DNA of 64,000 bases from an uncultured Chloroflexia bacterium (GTDB lineage: Bacteria; Chloroflexota; Dehalococcoidia; DSTF01; WHTK01), in contig CAVTBL010000017.1 in the NCBI GenBank assembly GCA_963732945.1, forward strand, positions 324,224 to 388,223. The letters run 5' to 3'. Below are positions 19,568 through 32,629 of the stretch, one piece after another. The notes under the pieces are model-generated. The model saw nothing but the letters and a program-made list of their open reading frames with translations. It was not told the DNA's origin and searched no databases. Positions within the stretch are counted from its first letter, which is position 1, and every line of letters begins with the position of its first letter. The translations under genes were made by a program, and so were the position numbers.

Positions 19568-19892
19568 ATAGTCTCTTCTCTCACTAGCCCCACACGGAGG
19601 CACTTTCCGATACCGATTTCGGAGACCAGGGGCGTCAACGAGGTCTCGGGGAGAGACGTAAAACGAAACTATCCGGAGAATTCGCCTGGCTTAGGTTCTA
19701 GTCGGTTAACTTCCTGACTTGCCAAGAGGGATGCAAACTCGGGAAGTACATTTCAAGAGTAGCACGATTTGACGCTCCCGCTGCATGGGGTAACCACCCA
19801 ATTTGTGGTCGAACCGCCGACTTTCACAGGCCGACAATCCTGCCTACAGGATGGTCGGCGCGCATGCGGCCTTCGCAGGGCAACGGACCGGC

Positions 19893-20837
19893 TCAGCTAT
19901 CGAGAAGTTCCGAGATGGCCGCGAGAGAACGTGCGATGCGTGATCGAGTCGCTTCGGCGGATTCTGGCGTCCACTCATGGAAACCTTTGCCGCTCTTCAT
20001 CCCGGACTCGCCGCGAGCGAGCATCTCGCGGTAGAACGACGGCAATTCTGTATCGGTCGCGAGATCGGGCCACAGGTTGGTCGCAACGGCGGCCCAGAGA
20101 TCGGCTCCGGCAGCGTCCGCGATCTCGAACGGCCCCGCCCCTGCCAGCCTGCGGCCGAAGCCATATCGCACCACGGTGTCGACGTCCTCAACGCTCGCAA
20201 TGCCTTTATCGACTATCGAAAGCGCCTCGCGGAAGAGCGCGAGCTGCAGTCGATTGCCGACGAAACCTCTTGCTTCCTTCTGCACGACGGCGGGGTGCTT
20301 ACCAACCCTCAGGAGAAGCTCGCGCATAGTCACGACGGCCTGCTCCTCCGTCTCCGGTCCGCGCACGATCTCGACGATCGGCAGGAGGTAAGGAGGGTTG
20401 AAGTAGTGCGCAACGAGAACACGCTCTTTACGACGCACCTGAGTATTGACCTCGCTCGGCATGAAGGAAGAGCTGTTGCTGGCCAGGATCGTGTCCGGCC
20501 GGCAGTGGGCCTCGATTTCGCCGAACAGCCGCTGCTTCAGTGCCAGGTCCTCGGATGCAGCCTCGATCACGACGTCTGCCTCCGCGACCGCGGCGGCGAG
20601 GTCCAGCGTCGTGTGGATGTGCTCCGGCGCGTTCGCGGCGCGAGCTGCGTCCACGGCACCGAGCTCCGCCATCGCGCGCAGGTTCGAGCGGATGCGCTCC
20701 ACGGCTGCACCAAGCACCGACTCATTGGTGTCGGTGAGGCTGACCTCGTAGCCGGCGACGGCGAACTCCTGCGCGATGCCGTGACCCATGAGCCCGGCTC
20801 CGACAACGGCAACCCGCCGAATGTCTTCCACTTCCAC
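19893..20837 (-). CDS. 3-hydroxyacyl-CoA dehydrogenase family protein
   Basis: VAVVGAGLMGHGIAQEFAVAGYEVSLTD.. and a C-terminal 3HCDH domain pattern. Confidence 0.85.
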   Translation of the reverse strand: MEVEDIRRVAVVGAGLMGHGIAQEFAVAGYEVSLTDTNESVLGAAVERIRSNLRAMAELGAVDAARAANAPEHIHTTLDLAAAVAEADVVIEAASEDLALKQRLFGEIEAHCRPDTILASNSSSFMPSEVNTQVRRKERVLVAHYFNPPYLLPIVEIVRGPETEEQAVVTMRELLLRVGKHPAVVQKEARGFVGNRLQLALFREALSIVDKGIASVEDVDTVVRYGFGRRLAGAGPFEIADAAGADLWAAVATNLWPDLATDTELPSFYREMLARGESGMKSGKGFHEWTPESAEATRSRIARSLAAISELLDS

Positions 20838-22500
20838 GCCGATCTCCTTTGCTATCCGACTCAGTCAATCTCTATGCTGTCACCATTAGTGGCGAGTCGA
20901 AGGCAGCAGCCTGCGCCTCGAGAATCCCAGCCCAAGCGCCAGGAGATGTCGATGAACACCAGCGCGCCTTCGAACAGCGAACCGAACAGCCCGGCCGCGG
21001 ATCTCGACGTAATCGTCGTCGGGGGCGGCCTCGGTGGACTATACACGCTGTACAGGATGCGAGAGCTCGGCCTCAAGGCGCATGCATTCGAGGCGGGCGC
21101 TGGGCTCGGCGGAACCTGGTACTGGAACCGATACCCGGGCTGTCGCTGCGACATCGAGAGCCTCGAGTACTCCTACTCATTCTCGCCCGAGCTAGAGCAG
21201 GAGTGGCACTGGCCCGATCGCTACGGCACTCAACCCCAGATCCTCGAGTACATCGAGCACGTCGCGGACCGCTTCGATCTGCGACGGCAGGTGACGCTCA
21301 ACACGCGCGTACTGTCGGCTCGTTTTGACGGCGCCAGCAACCTCTGGACTATTACCACCGACAAGGGCGAATCGTTCAGCGCCACCTTTATCGTCATGGC
21401 GACCGGCAATCTCTCGACGCCGAGGGTACCGGACTTGCCGGGCCTCTCAGACTTCAAGGGGGAGTGGTACCACACGGGCCTCTGGCCGCACGAAGGCGTG
21501 GACTTCACGGGACTGCGGGTCGGCGTTATCGGTACAGGGTCGTCCGGCGTGCAGAGCATCCCGTACATCGCCGAGCAGGCGAAGCACCTGTTCGTTTTCC
21601 AGCGTACGGCGAACTTCATTCTGCCGGCCCGTAACACGCCGATGGACCCCGAAAGGGAGCAGGATCACAAAGCTCACTATCGCGAGCGGCGCGAGGCTGC
21701 TTACAGCACGCCCTTCGGTATCGCGGGTTACCCGCCGCCGGCGAAGAGCGCCCTCGATGCGACACCCGAGGAGCGCGAGGCCGCTTACGCCGCCAGGTGG
21801 GCTCTCGGTGGCAGCATCAGCTTCCTCTACACCTACAACGATCTTCTGCTCAACGATGACGCCAACGAGACGGCGGCGAATTTCGTACGCGATCGCATCA
21901 GAGAGACCGTCAAGGACCAGCGCACGGCCAAGCTGTTGTGCCCCAACGACCACCCGATCGGCACCAAGCGCCTCATCCTGGACACGAACTACTACGAGAC
22001 CTACAACCGCGACAACGTCACGCTAGTCGACGTCCGCAGCGCGCCGATCGAGCGCATCACGCCGGCCGGGATTCAGACCACCGATGCCAGCTATGAGCTA
22101 GACGCAATCGTGTTTGCCACCGGCTTCGACGCGATGACCGGCGCCTTGCGTGAAATCGACATCGAAGGCGACGCCGGTGTGGACATCAGGAGCAAATGGG
22201 CCGATGGTCCCCACACCTACCTCGGTATCATGATGGCCGGTTTCCCAAACCTGTTCATGGTCACGGGACCGCAGAGCCCGGGCGTGAAGAGCCAGATGAT
22301 TCTCTCCATCGAGCAGCACGTCAACTTCATCAGCAACTGCCTCAGGCACATGCAGACCAACGGCCTGACGCGCGTCGAAGCGGAGCCGGAGGCAGAAGAG
22401 CGCTGGGTGAAGCACAACGACGACGTCGCCGCCGCAACGCTCTACCCGAAGGCGAACTCGTGGTACATGGGCGCCAACATCCCCGGCAAGCCGCGCATCT

Positions 22501-24156
<1,656 letters not shown>

Positions 24157-24285
24157 GTCAGGCCCTCCGTTTGCGTCTTGCTGACGGCATCACTGCGCCT
24201 GACGAATCGGTCGATCACCTGGGATCGCGGGCGTGCATCAGGCTCGACTTCGTTCGCAGCGATAGCCGTGTCGTGTCTGGCTGAA

Positions 24286-24678
24286 TCAGGCGGCGTCCGG
24301 CTTCTTGCGGTCCGGCGCTGGGAATGTGCGCTGGAAGAAGACGCGCCAGTCTGCGGCCTCGCGCCGGTAGACGCGCACGTAGCGGTCGAGTGCAAGGCGG
24401 CCGTCATTCCAAACGACGTCGAGGTCACCGGTCACGATGGCGACATCGCCGTGCCGGTCGGCTATCAGGCTGCCAACGACTCGGCGCCGCTGCCCGACCA
24501 GCCGCCTCAATCCCTCGATCCACTCGCTCTTGTTCTGCGTCAGGCCGGTAGAGTGGATGTAGCGGAAGTCGCCTGCAAGCAAGGCTGAAAGGGCATTGAA
24601 GTCCCCGTCCGACGCAAGCTCATCGACGCTTGCATCGATCTGAAGGAGCACGTCCTCTGCGGTTGAATCACTCATCAT
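24286..24678 (-). CDS. NTF2-superfamily (DUF4440/SnoaL-like) protein
   Basis: 130 aa, ..GDFRYIHSTGLTQNKSEWIEGL...VYRREAADWRVFFQ. Confidence 0.7.
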   Translation of the reverse strand: MMSDSTAEDVLLQIDASVDELASDGDFNALSALLAGDFRYIHSTGLTQNKSEWIEGLRRLVGQRRRVVGSLIADRHGDVAIVTGDLDVVWNDGRLALDRYVRVYRREAADWRVFFQRTFPAPDRKKPDAA

Positions 24679-24868
24679 TCACACCCTTCAAAACACAGTC
24701 TCGAACCTCAAGACATGCTGCCGCGCTGAGTGTACTCAGATGGCGGCCTCAAGTCCTAACCCCGACCGTCTACTGATTCTGTAGCCACCGAGGCCAGTAT
24801 TGCGCCGCGGTAGGAAATTCTCCGGCGCAGGCTTAGAGTAGCCGTACTCGATCACGGAGGGGCCAGGG

Positions 24869-26059
24869 ATGATCAAGAGATTCGGTACGCTCTACGCAGG
24901 CCAGGTCGATCTTGACGGGATTGGCTTTGACGGGCCTGCGACCAACAGCCGCTGGTACGACAACGAACGCCTGACAAGCGTGTTCGAGACCGCCAGGCAG
25001 ATGGCCCTGATGATGGACCGGCTTGGCTACGACACGCTGTGGTTGGCCGAGCACCACTTCCAGCGCGAAGGCTACGAGTGCATTCCCAACATTCTGCTGC
25101 TGTCCACGCACCTGGCGCATCTGACGCAGAAGCTTCGCTTTGGTTGCGGGTTCAACGTGGCGCCCATGTGGCATCCTCTGCGTCTCGCGGAGGATTACGC
25201 GGTGGCGGACATACTGACCGGCGGCCGGATCAGGTTCGGCGTCGGGCGCGGCTACCACACCCGCGAGGTCGAAACGTTCGGTATACCCATGCTCGACGGC
25301 AATGCCAATCGCGAGATCTTCGAAGAGCAAGTCGAGATCATCCGCAAGGCCTTTGACCAGCGCTCGTTCTCGCACCAGGGCAAGCACTACACGCTGCCGC
25401 CAAAGGTCCCGTATCGCGGCTACGAGCTCACGGAGCTGACGCTGGTGCCTCAGCCCGTGACGCGCCCGATCGAGATCTGGCAGCCCATCGTCAGCGCCAG
25501 CACGCGGGGCCTCGATTTCATGGTGACGCACGGCATCAGTGGGGTGGTTGGCGGCGGCGCGGCATCGACGCTGCTCGCCAATTCGGTAGTCGAAGCGTGG
25601 CGAGACGCCCAGGCGAGGTACGGAATCGAGACGGATCTCGGCGGCAACCTGATTATCGGTCTCTCCAGCTACATCGCGGACACGGAAGAGGAGGCCTACG
25701 AGGCAGCGTGTCCGCTCCTGGAGGAGTACCAGAAGATGTTTGCGCCCCTCGGCTTCGTGCGTGGGATAACCGAAGAGCAGGTTGCCATGGTCGCAGACCC
25801 TGCCACCGCTCGCGATGCGGGCCTTCCAAAGCCACGTGAACAGGGCTGGGTGCTGGGTCCCCCGGAGCGATTGGTGGACAGGCTGCTCGAGCTCGAAGAG
25901 CAGTTCCCGGGCCTCGAAGAAGTGATGATCGGCCAGCCGGTAGGAGCGCCCAGCAAAGTCCTGCTGGAGCAGCTCGAGCTCGTCGGGCGCGAAGTCATCC
26001 CGGCTTTCCGCGAGCGGCAGGCTGCCAGGCAGTCTGATCAGGTCCCGACTTCGAGGTAG
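24869..26059 (+). CDS. LLM-class flavin-dependent oxidoreductase (luciferase-like)
   Basis: ..YDTLWLAEHHFQREGYECIPN..GRIRFGVGRGY.. Confidence 0.85.
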   Translation: MIKRFGTLYAGQVDLDGIGFDGPATNSRWYDNERLTSVFETARQMALMMDRLGYDTLWLAEHHFQREGYECIPNILLLSTHLAHLTQKLRFGCGFNVAPMWHPLRLAEDYAVADILTGGRIRFGVGRGYHTREVETFGIPMLDGNANREIFEEQVEIIRKAFDQRSFSHQGKHYTLPPKVPYRGYELTELTLVPQPVTRPIEIWQPIVSASTRGLDFMVTHGISGVVGGGAASTLLANSVVEAWRDAQARYGIETDLGGNLIIGLSSYIADTEEEAYEAACPLLEEYQKMFAPLGFVRGITEEQVAMVADPATARDAGLPKPREQGWVLGPPERLVDRLLELEEQFPGLEEVMIGQPVGAPSKVLLEQLELVGREVIPAFRERQAARQSDQVPTSR

Positions 26060-26100
26060 TCGAGCCGGCAACGTCGAGCACGAGTGGAGGCCTCGTCTGA

Positions 26101-27525
26101 ATGTCCGCCAACGAGCTTCTCGAAGGTCTGATGAACACGGTGGGTGAAGAGCCGGCCGGCAAGTACGTTGAGTTCGCCGGCTCCGGCCCGGGGTTGGCAG
26201 TACCGCTGCGCGTGGGCGAGCTTGGCGCCAGCGCCATTGCCGCCGGCGCAGTAGAGGCCGCGCGTCTGTGGCAGATGCGCACGGGCCGGATGCAGTCGGT
26301 GCGCCTGGCCGTCGACGCGGCTACCTGCGCCCTGGGTGGTCAGGGCCTGATCCGAATCGACTACGAGCCGGGCCAGGAAGGCCCCTCGCTGCGAGAGCTA
26401 CGCGCGGCCTCTCGTACCGGTATGGGCAGTCGCATCCTGCCTGCCAGGGACGGTCGCTGGATCTTCCTGCATCGCGAGTTCGCCCACCACCGTGAGCGCA
26501 TCGAGAAGCTGCTCGGCAGCGGCGGCGACGAAGAGAGCATCCGAGCCGCCGTCTCCGGATGGGACGCGTTCGAGCTCGAGGATGCGGTGATGAACGCCGG
26601 CGCCTGCGCGGCCGCGGTACGTAGCTACGCCGAATGGGACGCGCACGAGCAGGCTCACATCCTCGACGGTCAGCCGGTGATCGAGATCGTCAAGATCGCC
26701 GACAGTCCGCCGGCACCCCTGCCGGCCGGCGACCGCCCACTCTCGGGCATTAGGGCGCTCGACCTGACGCGCGTGATCGCCGGGCCGACGGTGTCTCGCA
26801 CCCTGGCAGAGCACGGCGCCGACGTCCTGCGCATCTGCAACGGCGGCCTCGACGACAACCAGGTGCAGAGCATGGAGACGGGTCACGGTAAGCGCTCGAC
26901 CGTCCTCGATCTAAACGGCGAGTCCGGCGCCTCCGCGCTGCGAACTCTGGCGCAAACCGCAGACGTCTTCGTGCAGAGCTACCGGCCCGGCTCGCTGGCG
27001 CGCCGCGGCTTCGGTCCGGACGATCTCGCGGCCCTTCGGCCGGGCATCGTCTACGTCAACGTCAGCGCCTGGAGTCACGAGGGCCCGTGGAGTGAGCGCC
27101 GCGGCTTCGAGAGCGTGGTCCAGAACGTCAGCGGCATCACGGACGATTACCGCCTCGACGGCACGCCGCGTCTCATGCCGGCCAACACAATCGACTACGG
27201 TACCGGCTACCTGGGCGCGTTCGGCGCCATGGTCGCCCTCAAGCGACGCGCCATCGAAGGTGGGAGCTACCTGGTGCGCGTCTCGCTGGCCCGCACCGGC
27301 CGCTGGGTAACGGCTTACCCTCACGTCAGCAGAGAAGAGCAGGCCGCGACTCCGGCGATCCCGACGCAGCGCATCGAACAGCTCATGGTGACAACGGAGA
27401 CGCCGTTCGGCCGTCTGCGGCACCTCGGCGCCGGTGGTCGAGATGAGCGAGACGCCGGCGCGCTGGGAGCGCCCGACGGTGCCTTACGACCACGACCGGC
27501 CGGTCTGGCTGTAGCAGCCGCATGA
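26101..27525 (+). CDS. family III CoA-transferase (CaiB/BaiF), with a frame break in the last ~30 codons
   Basis: ..IRALDLTRVIAGPTVSRTLAEHGADVLRI.. After ..FGRLRHL the adjacent frame reads APVVEMSETPARWERPTVPYDHDRPVWL*, a typical family ending with stop at 27512-27514. This implies a 1-nt indel near 27425. Confidence 0.85.
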   Translation: MSANELLEGLMNTVGEEPAGKYVEFAGSGPGLAVPLRVGELGASAIAAGAVEAARLWQMRTGRMQSVRLAVDAATCALGGQGLIRIDYEPGQEGPSLRELRAASRTGMGSRILPARDGRWIFLHREFAHHRERIEKLLGSGGDEESIRAAVSGWDAFELEDAVMNAGACAAAVRSYAEWDAHEQAHILDGQPVIEIVKIADSPPAPLPAGDRPLSGIRALDLTRVIAGPTVSRTLAEHGADVLRICNGGLDDNQVQSMETGHGKRSTVLDLNGESGASALRTLAQTADVFVQSYRPGSLARRGFGPDDLAALRPGIVYVNVSAWSHEGPWSERRGFESVVQNVSGITDDYRLDGTPRLMPANTIDYGTGYLGAFGAMVALKRRAIEGGSYLVRVSLARTGRWVTAYPHVSREEQAATPAIPTQRIEQLMVTTETPFGRLRHLGAGGRDERDAGALGAPDGALRPRPAGLAVAAA

Positions 27526-27642
27526 CCATCCGAACAGCCCCGTCGAGCTCGTTGGATGGTCAGCCTAAGATCACTCCGGGCGAGTTGGTTGCGCAGGTTG
27601 CGATTCCGGTTTCATCACATCAATTTCATTGAAAGCTAGTCA

Positions 27643-28462
27643 GTGACGACAACCTCCCCGCCGACCCGTGCTCCCCGTCCGAACCTTCTGTCTCAGATTC
27701 GTGCAGAGTGGACCAAGCTGCGGTCAACTCGCGCTCTCTACGTGCAGGCAGGTCTGGCAATCGTGCTTGCTGTCGGCGCAGGCGCTCTGATCTGTCTCGT
27801 TATCGCTTCGAACTGGGACGCAATGACGGCCGCCGATAAGATCAGACTTCAACCCGGTCTTTCTCAGCCTCAATGGCACTGTGTTCAGCGATATTGTCCT
27901 TATGGTCACGGGCGTAACGTTTCTCTCTTCCGAATACACCAGCGGCATGATCCGCCTCACAATCACCGTCACGCCCAGCAGGCTACGAGTCCTCTTAGCC
28001 AAGCTGGTCGTCATGTCGGCCGTTACCTGGGCCGTCGGGCTCCCTGTCGTGCTTGGATCGTTCCTCGCGGGCCAGGCGGTGCTTGCTACCCACGCGGGAA
28101 TACCAACGATGGGCCTCGGCGACCGTGAGGCGCAGCGAGGAATCATCGTTGCGTGGCTGACTACGCCGCTCTTCCCTCTTATAGGTACGGCCCTGGGCGG
28201 CATGCTCCGGAGTACTGCCACGGCGATCACGTCCACGCTTGCTATCTATTTCGTGCCGTCGATCTTTAGCGGCTTCTTGCCCGAGTGGTGGCGCAGCCAT
28301 TTCATTGCCTACCTCCCGGAAAACGCCAGCGAGGCGCTGCTTCGGTCCGAAACCAACTTCGTTGGCTACCTTTCTCCATCCACGGCGATTCTCATAATCT
28401 GCATCTGGCTGGCTCTCTTTTTCGCCGGTGCGGCGGTCCTGCTCCAGCGCCGTGACGTGTGA
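27643..28462 (+). pseudogene. ABC-2 type transporter permease, frame-disrupted
   Basis: ORF 27643..28128 supplies the N-terminus (..LSQIRAEWTKLRSTRALYVQ..). ORF 27881..28462 plus its upstream frame read ..DFNPVFLSLNGTVFSDIVLMVTGVTFLSSEYTSGMIRLT.. The shift lies near 27835-27850. No adjacent ATPase gene. Confidence 0.7.
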
Positions 28463-28714
28463 GCACCTGCAGAAGGGCTACACCTGGTGCGACATGTCTT
28501 AGCCTCGTGCAGGGTGTCGTTGCCCTGAGCGCCGTTCCTTTCGAGGTCGGGGCGCCCAGGTTGGTCCAGTCGAACCGTGACCAGATGGCGTCTCCCTTCC
28601 CGATCTTTCAGGGACCGATGTGCGGATCGATTACATTTGGATGCACAGGGGCGCGTGGGTGCAGGGCGAGCCGGTTGCCCAAGACGATAGGCGATAGGCG
28701 ATAGAGGAGAACGA

Positions 28715-29260
28715 GTGGCCGAGATAATCTCGATTCAGGTTGGCAAGCCCAGCGAACTGCGCTCGGGCGATGAGAGCGTGCTTAGCGGCATCAACAAGCA
28801 ACACGTCAGCGGCCCCGTGATGGTGCGCACCCTCAACATCGATGGCGACGGCCAGGCCGACTTGCAGGTGCACGGCGGGCCCGACAAGGCCGTGTACTGC
28901 TACCCGTCGGAGCATTACGTCCCATGGCAGGCCGAGCTCGGCAGGACGCTGGACTACGGCAACTTCGGCGAGAACCTCACGGTGGCAGGCCTGCTGGAGG
29001 ACGAGCTGCACATCGGCGCCATCCTCGCAGTGGGTGACGCCGTGTTGCAGGTGAGCCAGCCACGCCAACCGTGCTTCAAGCTGGGGATGAAGATGGACGA
29101 TCAGCAGTTCGTCCGCACCTTCCAGAACAGCGGTCGCTCCGGCTTTTACTGCCGAGTCATCCGCGAGGGAGTCATCGAGGCGGGGCAGACGATCGAAATC
29201 GTCGACGACTCCGAAGCGCACCCGACGGTTGCGCAGGTCGCTGCCAGGTTGAACAGGTGA
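28715..29260 (+). CDS. MOSC domain-containing protein
   Basis: ..DGDGQADLQVHGGPDKAVYCY...QVSQPRQPCFKLG... GTG start after GAGGAGA. Confidence 0.85.
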   Translation: MAEIISIQVGKPSELRSGDESVLSGINKQHVSGPVMVRTLNIDGDGQADLQVHGGPDKAVYCYPSEHYVPWQAELGRTLDYGNFGENLTVAGLLEDELHIGAILAVGDAVLQVSQPRQPCFKLGMKMDDQQFVRTFQNSGRSGFYCRVIREGVIEAGQTIEIVDDSEAHPTVAQVAARLNR

Positions 29261-29345
29261 CGCATCGACCCGCCTGCTGTCCGGCCAGGCGCGGTCGCGT
29301 AGAGGATGTGCCGCACCCGATCTGACACGTCGCGACGTGGTTAGC

Positions 29346-30785
29346 TCAGGAGCTCTCGACCGCCGGCAGTGAAACGCGGAACCGGGTTCGGCCCGGCGCC
29401 GATTCGACCTCCACAGTCCCGTTGTGCTCTTCGGTAACGATGCGCCAGACGGTATCGAGGCCCAGACCTGTGCCTTCGCCCTGCGGCTTCGTGCTGAAGA
29501 ACGGCTCGAAAACGCGGCTCACGATCTCGGCCGGGATACCCGGGCCGTCATCCTCGATCTCGACGACGACTCGGTCGCCGTCTCGGAGCGTGCGAATCGT
29601 TATGGTGCCGTCGTCACCCAAGGCGTCGGCCGCGTTGTCCAGGATGTTCGTCCACACCTGGTTCAGCCCGCTGCCGAAAGCGCGCACCGGCGGCAGCGCT
29701 CGATCGAATTCGCGATGTACTGTGATGCCGCGCAGGTTGTGTCCGAGAATGACGAGCGTGTTCTCGATGCCCTCGTGAACATCGACGATCTGCTCGGAGG
29801 CGCGGTCCATGAACGAGTACGCTTTGACGGCCGCGACCAGGTTCGAAATACGCTGAGTGCTGTTGGTCACCACGTTCGTGAGCTCTCGGGTCGCGCTGGA
29901 CTCGACGAACCACGTGAGAACAGGCTTTAGCGCCGGCTCAGGCAGTACCGCGGCGAGCTCGGCCAGCCGGCTCGTCTCGATGCCTTCCTGGACCAGGCCC
30001 GACGCCAGGTCCCAGCCGTCCGCAATGCCGTGCTCGGCCAGCCAATCTTCCATCTCGCCTTCGAGACGGCTGACTTCGGTAGGACGTCTTTCTCCAGATG
30101 GCGGCGGCGACGACTCCGCATTGAACTCCGTCACCTTGCTCCATTGATCTGCTGTCAGCTCGAGGCAGTGCAGGTCGCCCAGCGCATCGTCGAGACGCTC
30201 GGCGCTCTGCACGAGTTGGGCGCTCGCCCGCTGGGCGGCCGCGGCGGGGTTGTTCAACTCGTGCGCCAGCCCGGCCGCCAGCTTGCCCAGAGCAGCCATC
30301 TTTTCCAGGTAGCGAGCCGTCTGCTCCCGCTCGAGCTGCGCATTGCGCTCCTCGAGGTCCTGCGCCCGCAGACGCTCCGAAATGTCGCGAAAGAAGGCGT
30401 GTGTGGCGAAGATCTTGCCATCGACGTAGCGCGTCGTGACGTTGGCTTCACACGGAAGCTTCTGTCCATCTTTCGTGATCAGAGTGATGGGCTCGTTTTC
30501 GAAGGTTTCATCTTCGCCGCCATGACCTGAGAAGATCTTGCCGAAGAGAAGCTGGCAGTGCTCCATCGACTCGGGGTGAATCGTGTCCCAGGCAATGAGA
30601 CTCTTTACTTCATCTGCTGTGTAGCCCATCTTGGTCAGCCACGCCCGATTCACGAACTCGAAGCTCGCGTCCGGAAGAACGCTCTGAATCATGTCGGAAG
30701 CGTTCTCGATGACGGCACGATAGCGCTCTTCGCTCTCGGTAAGTCTGCCGATTACACTCTGGTCTGCCTGGGAAGAGTCACTCAT
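29346..30785 (-). CDS. PAS-domain sensor histidine kinase
   Basis: PAS (..SEERYRAVIENASDMI..), HisKA (LAAGLAHELNNPAAA) and HATPase_c (..DDGPGIP..GTGLGL..). Confidence 0.9.
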   Translation of the reverse strand: MSDSSQADQSVIGRLTESEERYRAVIENASDMIQSVLPDASFEFVNRAWLTKMGYTADEVKSLIAWDTIHPESMEHCQLLFGKIFSGHGGEDETFENEPITLITKDGQKLPCEANVTTRYVDGKIFATHAFFRDISERLRAQDLEERNAQLEREQTARYLEKMAALGKLAAGLAHELNNPAAAAQRASAQLVQSAERLDDALGDLHCLELTADQWSKVTEFNAESSPPPSGERRPTEVSRLEGEMEDWLAEHGIADGWDLASGLVQEGIETSRLAELAAVLPEPALKPVLTWFVESSATRELTNVVTNSTQRISNLVAAVKAYSFMDRASEQIVDVHEGIENTLVILGHNLRGITVHREFDRALPPVRAFGSGLNQVWTNILDNAADALGDDGTITIRTLRDGDRVVVEIEDDGPGIPAEIVSRVFEPFFSTKPQGEGTGLGLDTVWRIVTEEHNGTVEVESAPGRTRFRVSLPAVESS

Positions 30786-30874
30786 CGCACACCATAGCCC
30801 TCGTCATAGCCACACTTCAGCGCAAGGGATATGCTGAAGCCGCCTTTCAGTATACGGACATCCGGAGTGACGCT

Positions 30875-32538
30875 ATGGCGAAGCCGGTGATCCTCGCCGT
30901 GGATGACGACGTCGAAGTCTTGCGCGCCGTTGCGCGAGACCTGCGTTCGAAGTACGCCGAGCAGTATCGCATCATGCGCGCGTCGTCCGGTGAGGAAGCC
31001 CTCGACGCACTGCGAGAGCTGCGACTCGTCGAGGAGCCTGTCGCTCTGCTGCTCGTCGATCAGCGCATGCCGGGCATGACCGGCGTCGAGTTCCTAGAGA
31101 AAGCGCTCGAGCACTACCCGAAGGCGCGCCGTGCCCTCCTGACTGCCTACGCCGATACCGACGCCGCGATCCGGGCAATCAACGAAGTGCACATCGACTA
31201 CTACCTGATGAAGCCGTGGGACCCGCCAGAGTTGAACCTGTATCCGGTTCTCGACGACATGCTGGACGACTGGTCCGCCTCCTACAAGCCGGCGTTCCAG
31301 GGTGTCCGACTGATCGGCCATCGCTGGTCGCCCGAGGCTCACCGCGCTCGCGACTTCCTGGCGCGCAACCAGGTCCCATACCAGTGGTACGAGCTCGGTA
31401 CGGATTCTCAAGCAGAGGAGCTGCTACGCGCCGCGAACGCCACGTCCGCGGCTCTGCCGCTCCTCTTGCTCACCGATGGTCCGTGCTGGAATCGCCTTCC
31501 AACGAGACCATCGCCGAACGCCTCGGCATGCACCGGCCGCCGGAGCTGCCGCTGTACGACGTCGTCGTCGTCGGAGCCGGTCCCGCCGGGCTGGCCGCGG
31601 CCGTGTACGGCGCCTCCGAGGGCCTCAAGACGGCGCTGGTAGAGGCCGACGCGGCCGGCGGCCAGGCCGGCAGCAGCTCTCTGATCGAGAACTACCTGGG
31701 CTTCCCGTCCGGGTTGTCCGGCGCAGACCTGGCACGTCGAGCCTTGACGCAGGCGCGCCGGTTCGGCGCCGAGTTCCTGCTGACGAGCGAGATCACCTCG
31801 CTGGAGACGCGGGAGGGCTCGACCACCCTGCACCTCAACGACGGCGCTTCGATCAGTGCGCTCTCGGTCGTCATTGCCACTGGCGTCACCTACCGGCGCC
31901 TCGAAGTTCCGGGCTGCGAGGAGTTGACGGGTAGAGGCGTCTACTACGGCGCGGCGAGCAGCGAGGCAGAGTCGCTGGCCGGCGAAGACGTCTTCATCGT
32001 CGGCGGCGCCAACTCGGCCGGCCAGGCAGCGGTGCATTTCGCCAGGTCCGCACGCCAGGTCACAATGCTCGTGCGCGGCAAGTCGCTCTCGGCCTCGATG
32101 TCGCAGTACCTGGTCAAGCGCATCGCCGAGACCGACAACATCGAGGTCCTCTACGAGACGCACGTCGAACGCGCCGTCGGTAACGATCGTCTCGAGGCGC
32201 TGGAGCTGGGTAACGCCGCCGGCGAAACCTGGACCGTGCCGGCCACCACGCTATTCGTGTTCGTGGGCGCCACGCCGCGCACGGACTGGCTCGGCTCCAC
32301 CGTTCTGCGCGACAAGTACGGCTTCATCCTCACCGGTCCTGACCTGCTCAACGAGAAGTCCTACGCCACCGGCGGGACGGCGGCAAGAATGCCCTTCCTG
32401 CTCGAGACCAGCGCCTCGGGTGTATTCGCGGCCGGCGACGTGCGCCACGGCTCCGCGAAACGAGTCGCCGCCGCCGTGGGCGAGGGCTCGATGGCCGTAA
32501 TGCTGGTCTGGCAGTACCGCGCATCCATCGGCCTCTAA
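30875..32538 (+). pseudogene. fused response regulator / thioredoxin-disulfide reductase, frame-disrupted
   Basis: REC (VILAVDDD..LLLVDQRMPGMTG..KPWD) plus a glutaredoxin-like linker in ORF 30875..31642. TrxR (VVVVGAGPAGLAAAVY..GGANSAGQAA..) is in ORF 31216..32538. The join ..LLLLTDG / SVLESPSNETIAERLG needs a 1-nt correction near 31476-31482. Confidence 0.85.
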
Positions 32539-32629
32539 TACGAAGCCGCCTGCGCCCAGCCCGACGCGCCGCAGCCTGCTAACGCTACGAATTAATTGTT
32601 TCGTGGATCAGGCCGCGTAGCGCCGGCGG

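Noticed and set aside
19133-19717. 194-aa plus-strand ORF rich in Ala/Gly/Thr/Val
   Set aside because: It is antisense to the RRM/glycine-rich RNA-binding protein gene. The poly-Ala/Thr stretch mirrors the GGY/RGG tail.
19977-20945. 323-aa N-terminal extension of the 886-aa ORF containing the BVMO
   Set aside because: This part is antisense to the well-supported 3-hydroxyacyl-CoA dehydrogenase gene and has no FAD motif. The BVMO family N-terminus (GxGxxG) begins just after the ATG at 20946.
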